Assembly: GCA_050115475.1 (NCBI GenBank)
Contig: JASFQL010000001.1
Location: 62,554 to 126,553, forward strand
Length of the DNA: 64,000 nt
Direction of reading: 5' to 3'
Source: Anaerolineales bacterium
GTDB taxonomy: Bacteria > Chloroflexota > Anaerolineae > Anaerolineales > UBA11579
Notes under the pieces: model-generated
What the model was told of the DNA's origin: nothing
The model's database searches: none
Seen by the model: the letters and a program-made list of their open reading frames with translations, nothing else
In this document: positions 1 through 10,495 of the stretch, piece by piece
How the letters are laid out: each line of letters starts with the position of its first letter
Position numbering within the stretch: the stretch's first letter is position 1
Made by a program: the position numbers and the translations under genes

Positions 1-339
1 AAGAAGACCGGCAGCGCGCCAGCTTTAGATTTCGAGTCCACACCGGATATTCTCCAAGAAGTTGTTAAAGCGAAAAAGAAAACGGAATATCCCAGAGTAA
101 CGGTGGGATTTGCGGCAGAAAGTAAAGACCTGTTGGCAAACGCGGAAAAGAAGCTCAAAGACAAAGGCCTGGACTTGATCGCCGCGAACGACATCAGCGC
201 GCAAGACGCCGGTTTCGGGGTGGACAGCAACCGGGTGACCCTCCTGTTCGCCAACGGGAAAAAGGAAGATCTGCCGCTGATGAGCAAGGATAAGGCCGCC
301 GCCATCATCATGGAACGGATCCTAGATTTAATAAAATGA
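1..339 (+). CDS. coaBC: Phosphopantothenoylcysteine decarboxylase/phosphopantothenate-cysteine ligase CoaBC, C-terminal fragment (5' end outside window)
   Basis: Open in frame from base 1. The C-terminal sequence GLDLIAANDISAQDAGFGVDSNRVTLL is typical of the CoaB half of CoaBC. Confidence 0.8.
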   Translation, partial: KKTGSAPALDFESTPDILQEVVKAKKKTEYPRVTVGFAAESKDLLANAEKKLKDKGLDLIAANDISAQDAGFGVDSNRVTLLFANGKKEDLPLMSKDKAAAIIMERILDLIK

Positions 340-1199
340 CAGTCAGGGTTCATCACCTCAACTGCGGGACGATGCGTACATTCGGATTATTCCCATTCAG
401 CACGATTCCGCTTAACAACACCGGTAAATTATTTAGGCGGGGGTTAGGGGTTATCCATTGCCTCCTCATCGCCGTAGAAGATGACCTAATCCTGGTCGAC
501 ACCGGCTATGGGACACAAGACTATATCAATCCCACAAAAATGGTGCGCTACTTCAACCTTTCAATCGCTCTCGTGAACGACATTGAAGAAGCCGCTGTTC
601 GACGAATCACTGCCCTGGGATACGATCCAGGTGACGTGAAGCATATCTTCCTCACCCACATGCACCTCGACCACACTGGCGGACTGCCGGATTTCCCGCA
701 GGCTCATGTTCACGTATACGAAGATGAATACCGCTTCGCGATGAATGGAAGAGGCTTGGAAGCCAAGTTTTTTATTCAACGACATTGGGCCCACCAACCC
801 GAGTGGATTATCTATAGGCTTGAGGGTGACCATTGGTTTGGCCTTGACTGTACGCAGCCAACGATGATCAATGGAGTAGAGATTTTCTTTATCCCATTCT
901 TGGGGCATTCCCATGGCAACTGTGCAGTCGTGGTTCATCTCCCAGATGATCACTGGCTCATCCATGCCGGGGATACTTACGGTTATCATGGTCAAATCGA
1001 CCCTGAGAAACCATTCTATCCCCGCTTGCAGTGGTTGTTCCGTCCCTTGTTAAATCTCAACCGGATTACACGGTCTTTATTCGAATACGACCATCATCTC
1101 CGGCATATCAAGCGAGAATTGGGAGAAAAAGTGGATATCTTTTGCGCCCACGACCCCCAGGAGTTCATGCAGCTGTCAGGAGAAAAATTGACATGGTAA
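336..1199 (+). CDS. MBL-fold metallo-hydrolase
   Basis: 287-aa ORF with the HxHxDH motif (THMHLDHTGG). Its ATG overlaps the upstream stop (ATGA). Confidence 0.8.
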   Translation: MTVRVHHLNCGTMRTFGLFPFSTIPLNNTGKLFRRGLGVIHCLLIAVEDDLILVDTGYGTQDYINPTKMVRYFNLSIALVNDIEEAAVRRITALGYDPGDVKHIFLTHMHLDHTGGLPDFPQAHVHVYEDEYRFAMNGRGLEAKFFIQRHWAHQPEWIIYRLEGDHWFGLDCTQPTMINGVEIFFIPFLGHSHGNCAVVVHLPDDHWLIHAGDTYGYHGQIDPEKPFYPRLQWLFRPLLNLNRITRSLFEYDHHLRHIKRELGEKVDIFCAHDPQEFMQLSGEKLTW

Positions 1200-1534
1200 A
1201 AATCACAGAAACCATCTACCACATATGCCAGAGAAAAGATTGGGAAGCCGCTCAAGAGATTGGGGGGTATCGTGCCGACTCACTGGAGAGCGAGGGTTTC
1301 ATCCACTGCTCCGGGGAAGACCAGGTGGCTGAAGTAGCGAATTTCATCTTCAAAGGGATGGATGACCTGGTCTTGCTGCACATCGCCGTGGATAAATTGC
1401 AGTCCGAACTTCGCTGGGAGGAGAGTGAGGGAGGTGAATTCCCCCACATCTACGGTCCCATCGGCCTGGATGCTGTAACCGCCGTCGTTGACTTCGCCGC
1501 AGGTGAAGATGGCATCTTTAGGTTTCCGGAATAG
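1193..1534 (+). CDS. DUF952 family protein
   Basis: Internal ATG at 1193 overlaps the stop of the MBL gene (ATGGTAA). The 113-aa product MVKITETIYHI...GFIHCS...FPHIYGPI matches my memory of DUF952. The track ORF start at 1031 would lie inside the upstream gene. Confidence 0.65.
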   Translation: MVKITETIYHICQRKDWEAAQEIGGYRADSLESEGFIHCSGEDQVAEVANFIFKGMDDLVLLHIAVDKLQSELRWEESEGGEFPHIYGPIGLDAVTAVVDFAAGEDGIFRFPE

Positions 1535-1569
1535 CACCTACATTTTCATATTTTTGCACTGTAATTTCC

Positions 1570-2670
1570 TTATTTCCTCTGAAACACTTCGACAAACTGG
1601 GGAATGTCGTTTCTATGCATTTTGTGATACACCTCTTGGGTTGGGAAAGGCATCTCTATTCCCGTTTCGTTGAGTGCATGGTACATGGCTGTATTGACCT
1701 TGTCGAACATACGGCGTGTGTCTACGTAGGACTCGATCCACCAGCGGACCCGGAAGATGAGTGCTGAGTCACCAAATTGCAGGAGTAAAGCTTCTACAGG
1801 TTTTTCTTGTAATACGCCTTCAACACCCCTGACAGCATTGACGATTGTATTCCGTGTTACTTCGATATCTGAATCATAAGCCACTCCTAGCTCGATCTCG
1901 ATCCGGTATTGTGTGTCCGGGTAGGAGTGATTCACCACTAGGCTTTTCCCAATCAATGAATTGGGGACGATGACCATGCGGTTGTCGCGTGTGCGGATAC
2001 GGGTGCTGCGCAAACCGATATCGACGACATCGCCCCATGTGTCGAGGTCCTGGATTTCTATGCGGTCGCCGATTCGGAAGGGACGATCGAACATAATCAT
2101 AAAACCGCTGATGGTATCCGAGAGGGCTGCCTGGGCTGCCAGTGCAACGGCGAGGGAACCGATCCCTAACGTCGTGACGAGTCCGCTGACTTCCACATCG
2201 AATCGACCCAATATGATGATGGCAAAGATCACGACCAGGAGGATCACAACGATCCGGCGCAAGAAGGGGACCAACTGCTCGTCTAGATCGCTGTCCGTCT
2301 TGGGGGCGATTTCTTTGCCGTACCACCCGATCAAGGCATTCACCAGCCGTACTGTGATTATCAAGCTGACGGAGATGTACAATGTGAAGTACAGGTCTTC
2401 CAGCTTTGAAGGGCTCAATCCAATGATGAAATCGAGACGATCGAGGGAAAACTGAAAAACAATGATGAAGACCAGCCAGAACAAAGGAGTCCGCACGGCA
2501 CCTAAAATCAGGTCGTCTACATTCGTCCTGGTGAATTTTATAATTCGCCTGATGATCCGGTCGAGGACGAAGGTGAGGATCGGCCTCCCCAATAGCAGGG
2601 TGAGTAGTATGATCCCAAGGGAGATGCCGATTTGGATAATATCCTGATTAGAAAAACCAAAGATGTTCAT
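1570..2670 (-). CDS. Mechanosensitive ion channel (MscS family)
   Basis: 366 aa with N-terminal TM helices and an MscS beta-domain signature (FDRPFRIGDRIEI...GDVVDIGLRSTRIRT). Confidence 0.85.
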   Translation of the reverse strand: MNIFGFSNQDIIQIGISLGIILLTLLLGRPILTFVLDRIIRRIIKFTRTNVDDLILGAVRTPLFWLVFIIVFQFSLDRLDFIIGLSPSKLEDLYFTLYISVSLIITVRLVNALIGWYGKEIAPKTDSDLDEQLVPFLRRIVVILLVVIFAIIILGRFDVEVSGLVTTLGIGSLAVALAAQAALSDTISGFMIMFDRPFRIGDRIEIQDLDTWGDVVDIGLRSTRIRTRDNRMVIVPNSLIGKSLVVNHSYPDTQYRIEIELGVAYDSDIEVTRNTIVNAVRGVEGVLQEKPVEALLLQFGDSALIFRVRWWIESYVDTRRMFDKVNTAMYHALNETGIEMPFPTQEVYHKMHRNDIPQFVEVFQRK

Positions 2671-2760
2671 CGAAGACCTCCAATAAGATATTGCGTATAG
2701 GTATTACAAAGGATATGCTATAGTTTGCCCGTGAATGATATAATTTGTCAAGGTGAGAAT

Positions 2761-3618
2761 ATGAAAAAAACACTCTCCCTGATGATAGGCATTGGGTTCT
2801 TAGGGGTCATGATGTTTGCCTGGATGGCACCAGCGAATGCAGCGCCGAAATTCCAACCCACTCCCTTTCCCACACCTACCCCAGGTGCCGATGGGCGTAT
2901 CCTGTATACCGCTCAGAGGGATGATACTCTCTGGCGTATCGCAGCTGTGGCCGGCGTTTCCCTTGAAGAATTGAGGCAGTTGAACAACATGGGCCCTGAT
3001 GACGTTTTGCTAGAAGGGCAGGTGGTTTTGTTAGGATTGGGTAATCAGGGGGAGGCGCCACCTGTGGAACCCGGCGAAACACAGCCGGTTGAAGCCGGGG
3101 CTGAACCCGGAGCTGAATCCGGGCCAACCCTCATCATGGATGCGGGCGAGGTCTGTGTTTTACTTTTTGCAGATATCAACGGAGACGCGCTCCGCCAGGA
3201 GAACGAATTGGGGATCTTAGGCGGTGAAGTGAGTGTCACTGAACGCTTAGGGACATACTCCGATAAAAAACCGACTAAGGCAGGAGACCCGGACGATACA
3301 AATGCAGATGTCCTCACCTGCTTTGAAGATGCCCCGCCGGGGACTTATAATGTAACCATGGCGATTCCTGAAGGGTGGAACGAGACAACAGTGTTATCAA
3401 AAACCTTCGATCTAGCCCCAGGGGATACCTCATACCTCAACTTCGGCGCGCAGCTCGGTGGGGTTGGAGCAGCCCAAGAAACTGGTGACGTCGGTGGTGA
3501 AGATGGCGGCCGCTCTCCCATACTGGGTATCTTGGGGATATTCTTGCTGTTGGGGGGTGCCGGATTGGGTATCTATTTTATGTATGCGAACCAACAAGGG
3601 AGAGCTGGGGGGGACTAA
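2761..3618 (+). CDS. LysM domain protein with signal peptide and C-terminal TM anchor
   Basis: MKKTLSLMIGIGFLGVMMFAWMAPANA signal-like N-terminus. LysM-like YTAQRDDTLWRIAAVAGVSLEELRQLN. C-terminal hydrophobic ILGILGIFLLLGGAGLGIYF. Start taken at the ATG at 2761 inside the track ORF. Confidence 0.7.
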   Translation: MKKTLSLMIGIGFLGVMMFAWMAPANAAPKFQPTPFPTPTPGADGRILYTAQRDDTLWRIAAVAGVSLEELRQLNNMGPDDVLLEGQVVLLGLGNQGEAPPVEPGETQPVEAGAEPGAESGPTLIMDAGEVCVLLFADINGDALRQENELGILGGEVSVTERLGTYSDKKPTKAGDPDDTNADVLTCFEDAPPGTYNVTMAIPEGWNETTVLSKTFDLAPGDTSYLNFGAQLGGVGAAQETGDVGGEDGGRSPILGILGIFLLLGGAGLGIYFMYANQQGRAGGD

Positions 3619-3797
3619 CAATGAATCGCTTGCGGTTCATTGATTAAGAAAAAACCTTCGGTATTCTCTACTAGGCGATAAGCAGCACAGGGAAGGTACT
3701 TTTTATTAAATCTCATAGAATTCACAGTATAGCGTATAATAAAGGGCTGTATCGCCGCGTAAGCGGAATATCCACCTTATGACGGAAAAACGAAAAA

Positions 3798-6700
3798 ATG
3801 ACTGAACCGCTAAAATTCCAATCTATGATCCTGGCCTTACATAATTATTGGGCCGAACGAGGCTGCCTCATCTGGCACCCATACTACAGCCAGGTGGGTG
3901 CGGGAACGATGAACCCGGCTACCTTCCTCCGGGTGTTGGGTCCTGAACCCTGGAACGTGGGCTACGTGGAACCCTCTGTCCGCCCCGATGACGGGCGCTA
4001 CGGCGAGAACCCCAACCGCCTGCAGATGCACTACCAGTACCAGGTCATCCTCAAACCCGATCCCGGTAATCCTCAAGAGCTGTATCTCGGTTCCCTTGAA
4101 GCCATCGGGATCGATCCCGGCAAACACGACATCCGGTTTGTGGAAGATAACTGGGAGCAGCCTGCCATCGGGGCCTGGGGTTTGGGCTGGGAGGTGTGGC
4201 TGGATGGTCTCGAAATCACGCAGTTCACCTATTTCCAGCAAGTTGGACGGCAGGACTTAGATCCCGTGTCTGTGGAGCTTACCTACGGTTTAGACCGTAT
4301 CGCTGCCCCGCTGCAGGGTGTCAGCCATTTTAAAGATATCCAGTGGAACGATAAACGTACTTTTGGGGACATGAACCTGCAGGGAGAGCAAGAACACAGT
4401 AAATATTACTTCGAAATCGCGGACGTCGAACGCACCCGAGAAATTTATCGGTTGACCGAACAGGAAGTGGAGGCGGCTCTCGAAGCAGATTTACTCTTGC
4501 CTGCCTATGATCATCTACTCAAGCTCTCTTACCTGTTCAACGTGTTGGACACCCGCGGCGCTATTGGCGTGACCGAGCGGCAAGAGTTCTTCCGGGGGAT
4601 GCGTCGCCTGGCCGGGCGTATTGCCACGATGTATGTGGAGAACCGCCAACGGATGGAATACCCCTGGCTGGAAGATGATGTCCAGGGCGGTGTTGGCACT
4701 CAAGCGAGTGGAAGTAAAGCCGAGAAAATTACGATTAAAGCTCCAGAAAAAGACGCTCCCTTCCTGCTGGAAATCGGCACGGAAGAACTGCCCCCATCGG
4801 ATTTTGAGAGTTACAAAACACAGTTAGTAGAATCGGTTCCCGCCCTGCTCGATGAACTTCACCTCGAACACGGCGAGATCAAAGTCATGGGGACACCGCG
4901 GCGTCTCGTGGTATACGTCCAGGATTTGGCCCCCAAGCAACCCGACCGGGAGGAATTGGTCAAGGGGCCGCCAGCCTCGCGTGCTTACAGTCCTGACGGC
5001 TCACCGACCAAAGCCGCCCAGGGATTTGCCAGAGGTAAAGGTTTATCTGTGGATGCCCTCGAGGTCCGGGAAATAGACGGCGGAGAATACGTCGTCGCTG
5101 CGGTCAAAGAAAAAGGGCGGACAGCGGTTGAAGTCCTGGCTGAACATCTGCCGGATTTAATTAGTCAATTGAAAGTCGACAAGACCATGCGCTGGAATGC
5201 CAGCAACGTGGCCTTCTCCCGCCCCATCCGCTGGCTGTTGGCGCTTCACGACACGCAGGTCGTCCCCTTCGAATACGCCGGATATACTTCCAGCGCGGAA
5301 ACTCACGGTCTGCGCTTCAACGACCCTGAAACCCAGATTGTGAAGAATCCGGTAGATTATCTTTCTTACCTGGAGAAGCAGGGCATCCTTTTGGATGTAG
5401 AAGAACGCAAAGCTGAGATCAAGAAACAGATCGACCAACTGGCCAAAGCGGTGAAAGGCGAGATCAGATCTGATCCGGATTTACTGGCGGAAGTCACCCA
5501 CCTCGTCGAAGCGCCCACTGCCTTACGAGGGACTTTTGAAAAGAGCTTCCTCTCGCTTCCCTCCCAAGTCCTGGTGGAAGTGATGAAGAAACACCAGCGC
5601 TATTTCCCCGTACAGAAGAACGGGCAGCTGCTGCCTTATTTCATCACCGTACGCAACGGCGGCGACCAGCACCTGGACATTATCGCCAGGGGGAACGAGA
5701 ATGTCATTCGGGCGCGCTTTGCCGACGCGGCCTTCTTCGTCGAGGATGATCTTAAGAAGCCCCTGGAGGATTTTGTACCCCATTTGGACACGTTAACTTT
5801 CCAAACCGACCTGGGGTCGATGTTGGACAAGACCAAACGCATCGTGAAATTAACCGAAGATGTCGCCAATCAGTTAGCCCTGAACGCCGATGAGAAAAAG
5901 ACCGCCCTGCGCGCTGCCCACCTCTGCAAAGCCGACCTGGCGACGAGCATGGTCGTAGAAATCACTTCACTGCAAGGTATTATGGGACAGCAGTACGCGC
6001 TAAAATCCGGTGAGAAAGAAGAAGTTGCCCAGGCAATCTCGGAGCATTACCTGCCGCGTTCTACAGGTGACAGCGTACCGGAAAGCAAAGCCGGGCTGGC
6101 TGTCAGCCTGGCGGATAAGTTGGACAGCCTGGCCGGGTTGTTCGCAGCCGGGTTAGCGCCCACAGGTGCAAAAGATCCCTTCGCCCAACGCCGTGCTGCC
6201 CTGGGGATCGTCCAGGTGCTGATCGCCACACATGCTGATTTTGACCTTCAGACCGGATTAGGAGCTGCCGGGAAGAATCTACCTATCAAAGCAACCAGGG
6301 AGCGATTGGATGAGAGCCTGGAATTCATCATTGAGCGCATGCGAAACCTCTTCCTGGACGAGGGCTGGCGATACGATGTCGTGGATGCTGTCTTAGGCGG
6401 GCAGGGCCGCAATCCTGCCGGGGCAAAACGGGCAGTGGAGCAGTTGACCCAATGGGTCGTGCGCAAAGACTGGCACGAAATCTTGCCGGAATACTCCCGC
6501 TGTGTACGCATCACGCGTGACCAGACGAAACAATTCAAAGCCGATCCCAAACTTTTCATGGAAGACGCTGAAAAGGAACTCTTCAAAGCCTTGGAGAAAG
6601 CTGAAGCATCTATACGCGAACCGGGCTCGGTAGATGATTTCTTGAATGCCTTTGCCCCCATGATCCCCGCCGTGAAGAAATTCTTCGATGATGTTTTGGT

Positions 6701-6806
6701 CATGGAGGAAGATGAGAAAATCCGCCAGAACCGCCTGGGCTTGTTGCAGCGTATCGCCGCCCTGGCGGGTGGTGTGGCGGATATGTCGAAGCTGGAAGGC
6801 TTCTAG
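3798..6806 (+). CDS. glyQS: Glycine--tRNA ligase, fused alpha and beta subunits
   Basis: 1002 aa. The N-terminal ~290 aa carry GlyQ motifs ([38 protein letters not shown]). The rest carries GlyS motifs ([15 protein letters not shown]...FSRPIRW). Confidence 0.9.
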   Translation: MTEPLKFQSMILALHNYWAERGCLIWHPYYSQVGAGTMNPATFLRVLGPEPWNVGYVEPSVRPDDGRYGENPNRLQMHYQYQVILKPDPGNPQELYLGSLEAIGIDPGKHDIRFVEDNWEQPAIGAWGLGWEVWLDGLEITQFTYFQQVGRQDLDPVSVELTYGLDRIAAPLQGVSHFKDIQWNDKRTFGDMNLQGEQEHSKYYFEIADVERTREIYRLTEQEVEAALEADLLLPAYDHLLKLSYLFNVLDTRGAIGVTERQEFFRGMRRLAGRIATMYVENRQRMEYPWLEDDVQGGVGTQASGSKAEKITIKAPEKDAPFLLEIGTEELPPSDFESYKTQLVESVPALLDELHLEHGEIKVMGTPRRLVVYVQDLAPKQPDREELVKGPPASRAYSPDGSPTKAAQGFARGKGLSVDALEVREIDGGEYVVAAVKEKGRTAVEVLAEHLPDLISQLKVDKTMRWNASNVAFSRPIRWLLALHDTQVVPFEYAGYTSSAETHGLRFNDPETQIVKNPVDYLSYLEKQGILLDVEERKAEIKKQIDQLAKAVKGEIRSDPDLLAEVTHLVEAPTALRGTFEKSFLSLPSQVLVEVMKKHQRYFPVQKNGQLLPYFITVRNGGDQHLDIIARGNENVIRARFADAAFFVEDDLKKPLEDFVPHLDTLTFQTDLGSMLDKTKRIVKLTEDVANQLALNADEKKTALRAAHLCKADLATSMVVEITSLQGIMGQQYALKSGEKEEVAQAISEHYLPRSTGDSVPESKAGLAVSLADKLDSLAGLFAAGLAPTGAKDPFAQRRAALGIVQVLIATHADFDLQTGLGAAGKNLPIKATRERLDESLEFIIERMRNLFLDEGWRYDVVDAVLGGQGRNPAGAKRAVEQLTQWVVRKDWHEILPEYSRCVRITRDQTKQFKADPKLFMEDAEKELFKALEKAEASIREPGSVDDFLNAFAPMIPAVKKFFDDVLVMEEDEKIRQNRLGLLQRIAALAGGVADMSKLEGF

Positions 6807-6830
6807 CTGGAGAATGGGGGGAACAGCAGA

Positions 6831-7235
6831 TCAGGCTTTGCGCCGGAACATCATCTCCCGCCTTTGAAAGCCGAATTTCTCATACAGCCCCTGCGCGTCC
6901 TTGGTCGCCAGGATTTGGAGGGTCACGTCCATGACCGGATGCGCCATCGTGCATTCCATCAACCACACACCAAGACCCTTTCCCCGGTGGTCGGGGTGGA
7001 CGAAAACGTCGCTAATCCAGGCGAAAGTGGCCTCGTCGCTGACGATGCGGGTGAAGCCAATTTGCTCTTCCCCCTTGAACAAAGACAAAAGTACGGACTT
7101 TTCGAGGGATTTTTCCACGACCTCTCTGGTGCGGTTTTCTGCCCAATAGGTGCTGTTTAGCGAAGTGTGGACGAAATCGATGTCCGCTGCTGATTGATTG
7201 TCGGTAATGAGAAATTCGTCTTTTTTCCATTCCAT
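6831..7235 (-). CDS. GNAT family N-acetyltransferase
   Basis: 134 aa with an acetyl-CoA binding-type motif (VHPDHRGKGLGVWLM). Confidence 0.75.
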   Translation of the reverse strand: MEWKKDEFLITDNQSAADIDFVHTSLNSTYWAENRTREVVEKSLEKSVLLSLFKGEEQIGFTRIVSDEATFAWISDVFVHPDHRGKGLGVWLMECTMAHPVMDVTLQILATKDAQGLYEKFGFQRREMMFRRKA

Positions 7236-7236
7236 C

Positions 7237-8034
7237 TTAGGTCTCAGGGTTCCCTTTAATTTCTGCGTTTTGCTTTTCCCCTCGCACCCGCCGCAGGAAG
7301 GCCGGGCTGTTCAATCCTCTCTCCAATAAGAAGGTGAGGTAATACTGCATCAAGACCTCCAACTCCTGCTGGATTTCTGGGGCGATCCTGGCTCTGGCGG
7401 CCTGTCTGAAACTGCTGCGTTGGAAGTGCCGCAGGTATTTGAGTGCCCGCATCGAGATGGGCACAGCGCCGGGTAAGTTCTTCCCGTGGGCAGGTGAAAC
7501 CACCCCTCCCAGCGTGGCAGAAAAGTATTGGTCTTCTGGTTGAATTTTCTCTTCCGATACGATACAGCGTTTGAGTTCAGGGCGGAAGCCGAGGAGGTCG
7601 AGCAGGCGGATCTCGTAATAGCGCACGGTCAGAAGCGGGTCTTCCCCCCGGTTGAGGCGTTCCAGCGTTTTAGCGATGAGGAGGAACAAATTGGCATTCT
7701 CTTCTTCCTCATAGGTGAATTTATCCAATAGTTCCACCACGTAGGAAGCATACCCCACGACCTCCAGGTCTTCTCGCAAGGCCGCAAAGGTATCTTTGGC
7801 CTCCGCCTGGCTGACCACGTACCAGTGCCGCCCGACCGCCAGCAGTAGGCTGACCCGGGTAAACGGTTCTACATGCCCGCCCATGCGCGAACGCACCTTG
7901 CGCACTCCCTTGGCGAGGGCGCGCACTTTCCCTTTTTGGCGGGTGTAGATCGTCAGCATACGATCAGCTTCACCGTAGTCTTTATGTTTGATGACGATCC
8001 CTTCGGCGCGGAAAGAACGGGGTTGGCGCGGCAT
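7237..8034 (-). CDS. recO: DNA repair protein RecO
   Basis: 265 aa. N-terminal OB-fold pattern (EGIVIKHKDYGEADRMLTIYTRQKGKVRALAKGVRK), typical RecO length. It directly abuts the GNAT gene. Confidence 0.85.
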   Translation of the reverse strand: MPRQPRSFRAEGIVIKHKDYGEADRMLTIYTRQKGKVRALAKGVRKVRSRMGGHVEPFTRVSLLLAVGRHWYVVSQAEAKDTFAALREDLEVVGYASYVVELLDKFTYEEEENANLFLLIAKTLERLNRGEDPLLTVRYYEIRLLDLLGFRPELKRCIVSEEKIQPEDQYFSATLGGVVSPAHGKNLPGAVPISMRALKYLRHFQRSSFRQAARARIAPEIQQELEVLMQYYLTFLLERGLNSPAFLRRVRGEKQNAEIKGNPET

Positions 8035-8108
8035 GCTGGAATTATATCAAGAGGGGAAAATGTGATTGATCGAGTTTTTATACATACTACGAGCGAAGAA
8101 TTCTTTCT

Positions 8109-8828
8109 TTACCCCTTCACTTCCCAAATCTGGTAAAGCCCCAACTTCCCCTCTTCACCATCCGAAGTGAACAAGCCGCAGACACGAAAACCCGTTTTCA
8201 CTGCCAGGGATTGCAGTTCCGAGCCGCTGAAATGGTGAACGTAGCGTAATCCCTTCCCGCCGCGCCACCAATCCATCAGGTAATCACCTGCGTCTACATC
8301 TGTGTCGGAGAGGTCGATGGTTGTCCAGGGCTGGATTCTCGCCCGTAATCGAGGGCTTTCCAGGAACTGCCAGTTCGAGAGGATAAAGCGGCCCTTAGGT
8401 GCTAACAGGGCATGGACTTTCTCCAACAACTGTATGCGGAGTTCGACGCCGGGGATGTGGTGCAGTACCGCGAAACAAAAGACGAAATCGAACGGCGTTC
8501 CGGGTAAATCTGATCCCAAATCTGGGGTAGTGATGTCGCCCCACATGAATTGAGCGTTTGGTAGGTTCCGTTTTTGGGCGATTTCCACCAAATCTTTGCT
8601 GGAGTCTACCCCCACGTATGCGCCCGTATGTCCATTTTGGTATAACCTGCCTGCGAGTGCGCCGTTCCCACAGCCGAGGTCGAGAAGCTTTGCGCTTGGC
8701 TGTATCATCTCTAAAATGGATTCGACGCCGGGCTGGATGCGCTGGCGAGTGTCGGAGAAGTCTTGTGCAAAGGTCTGGTAGAATTGATGGTTAAGCGCTA
8801 GAAGTTGGTGAACGATTTCGGGCTGCAT
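8109..8828 (-). CDS. Class I SAM-dependent methyltransferase (Trm9-like by motif)
   Basis: 239 aa. SAM-binding motif I LLDLGCGNGALAGRL. Post-II region FCFAVLHHIPGVELRIQLLEKVHALLAPKGRFILSNW. Confidence 0.75.
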   Translation of the reverse strand: MQPEIVHQLLALNHQFYQTFAQDFSDTRQRIQPGVESILEMIQPSAKLLDLGCGNGALAGRLYQNGHTGAYVGVDSSKDLVEIAQKRNLPNAQFMWGDITTPDLGSDLPGTPFDFVFCFAVLHHIPGVELRIQLLEKVHALLAPKGRFILSNWQFLESPRLRARIQPWTTIDLSDTDVDAGDYLMDWWRGGKGLRYVHHFSGSELQSLAVKTGFRVCGLFTSDGEEGKLGLYQIWEVKG

Positions 8829-8883
8829 ATGATTATTATAGGTGTAATTATTTTTACCGTTTTAAATTCACAGGAAAGAAATC

Positions 8884-10491
8884 TTGGAAACCCGGATCGA
8901 AGATTGGCAAGAACGTAAACGGCACACACCCGAAAAGCTGGCCCTGGCGCGCCTGGCTTTGGAAGAGATTCGCGCGGGAGAAGACGTTTTTGAAGCCATT
9001 CGCCACCACCCGCTTTCGGGGGAGGACGGCGGTTACATTGGCAAACAGATGCTTGTGGCCGTCTACAATCAATTGGTGGACAGCGGCGAATGGGAGGCGG
9101 ATCCCGCTTTGTTAGCACAGATCCGCATGAAACCCATGCGCAGCCTCTCCGGCGTGACCGTCGTCACCGTCCTCACCAAGCCTTATCCCTGCCCGGGGAA
9201 ATGCATCTTCTGCCCCACCGACACCCGCATGCCCAAGAGCTACCTCCCCGACGAGCCGGGAGCTGCCCGCGCCCTGCACCACGATTTCGACCCCCACGAG
9301 CAGGTGACCGCCCGCCTGGAAGCTTTGAAAGCCGTAGGGCACCCGACCGATAAGATCGAATTACTGGTCCTGGGGGGGACGTGGAGCGCTTACGCCAGGG
9401 ATTATCAGGAGTGGTTCATCCATCAGACATTCGACGCCTTGAATGGGGTCGAATCGCACACCCTGGAAGAGGCCCAGCGCGTCAACCAAAAGGCTGAACG
9501 CCGCTGCGTGGGGTTGGTGGTGGAGACACGTCCGGATCATATCAAGCCAAAAGAACTGGCCTGGCTGCGCCGCCTGGGCGTAACAAAAGTGCAGATGGGG
9601 GCGCAGAGTTTCGATGATCACCTTCTAGAAATCAACCATCGCGGCCACGACGTGGCAGCCACCCGCAGGGCTGTGGCTCTGCTGCGGGCTGCCGGGTTCA
9701 AGATCGTCCTTCACTGGATGCCTAACCTCCTTGGCGCTACATTGGCCTCGGATAGGGAGGATTTTGCCAAGATGTGGGAGGGCTTCTGCCCGGACGAGAT
9801 TAAAATCTACCCCACCCAACTGCTTGAAGGTGCGGAGCTATATGAATACTGGGAACGAGGCGAATACCATCCCTACACCACAGAAGAACTCATTGCCCTC
9901 ATCACGGATATCAAACCGATTATCCCCCGCTACAGCCGGGTCAACCGGGTCGTCAGGGACATCCCATCCCCGCATGTAGTGGAGGGCAATAAGCGCACCA
10001 GTCTGCGGATGGACATCCACAAAGAGTTGAAACGCCGGGGGACGAAATGCGAATGTGTGCGCTGCCGGGAAGTGCGTGGCAGGAAGGTCGATGAAGACAC
10101 TCTCCAATTCAATGAACTCGTCTACAAGGTGGATGGCGCTGAGGAACACTTCCTTTCTTTCGTCACGCCTAAAGATCGGCTGGCTGGTTTCCTGCGTTTG
10201 TCCCTGCCGGGAATGGACTCCCCTGAGACGGGCTTGGAGGAATTAGGGAGGGCGGCAATCATCCGGGAAGTGCACGTGTATGGGCAGTCGCTGGAAGTGG
10301 GCGACAGCAAAGATGGCGCTGCCCAACACATCGGCCTGGGGACGCAGTTGCTGGAGAAAGCGGAAGAAATCGCTCGAGAGCGAGGTTATGAGAACCTCGC
10401 CGTTATTTCGGCTGTAGGGACGCGTGAATATTACGCAGCCAGGAATTTTGCCTTGGGAAAACTGTACATGACCAAATCATTGAAGGAGTAA
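8884..10491 (+). CDS. elp3: Elp3-type radical SAM / GNAT tRNA U34 modification enzyme
   Basis: 535 aa. Radical-SAM cluster region PYPCPGKCIFCP, then a TIM-barrel-like core and a C-terminal GNAT region (GLGTQLLEKAEEIARERGY). The TTG start is uncertain. Confidence 0.85.
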   Translation: METRIEDWQERKRHTPEKLALARLALEEIRAGEDVFEAIRHHPLSGEDGGYIGKQMLVAVYNQLVDSGEWEADPALLAQIRMKPMRSLSGVTVVTVLTKPYPCPGKCIFCPTDTRMPKSYLPDEPGAARALHHDFDPHEQVTARLEALKAVGHPTDKIELLVLGGTWSAYARDYQEWFIHQTFDALNGVESHTLEEAQRVNQKAERRCVGLVVETRPDHIKPKELAWLRRLGVTKVQMGAQSFDDHLLEINHRGHDVAATRRAVALLRAAGFKIVLHWMPNLLGATLASDREDFAKMWEGFCPDEIKIYPTQLLEGAELYEYWERGEYHPYTTEELIALITDIKPIIPRYSRVNRVVRDIPSPHVVEGNKRTSLRMDIHKELKRRGTKCECVRCREVRGRKVDEDTLQFNELVYKVDGAEEHFLSFVTPKDRLAGFLRLSLPGMDSPETGLEELGRAAIIREVHVYGQSLEVGDSKDGAAQHIGLGTQLLEKAEEIARERGYENLAVISAVGTREYYAARNFALGKLYMTKSLKE

Positions 10492-10495
10492 ACTG

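Noticed and set aside
3619-3797. Possible glycine T-box leader upstream of glyQS
   Set aside because: I could not find the conserved T-box 14-mer (AAnnnGGGTGGnACCGCG-like), a specifier-loop GGC in a plausible stem I, or a terminator/antiterminator pair. The region is also only about 180 nt.
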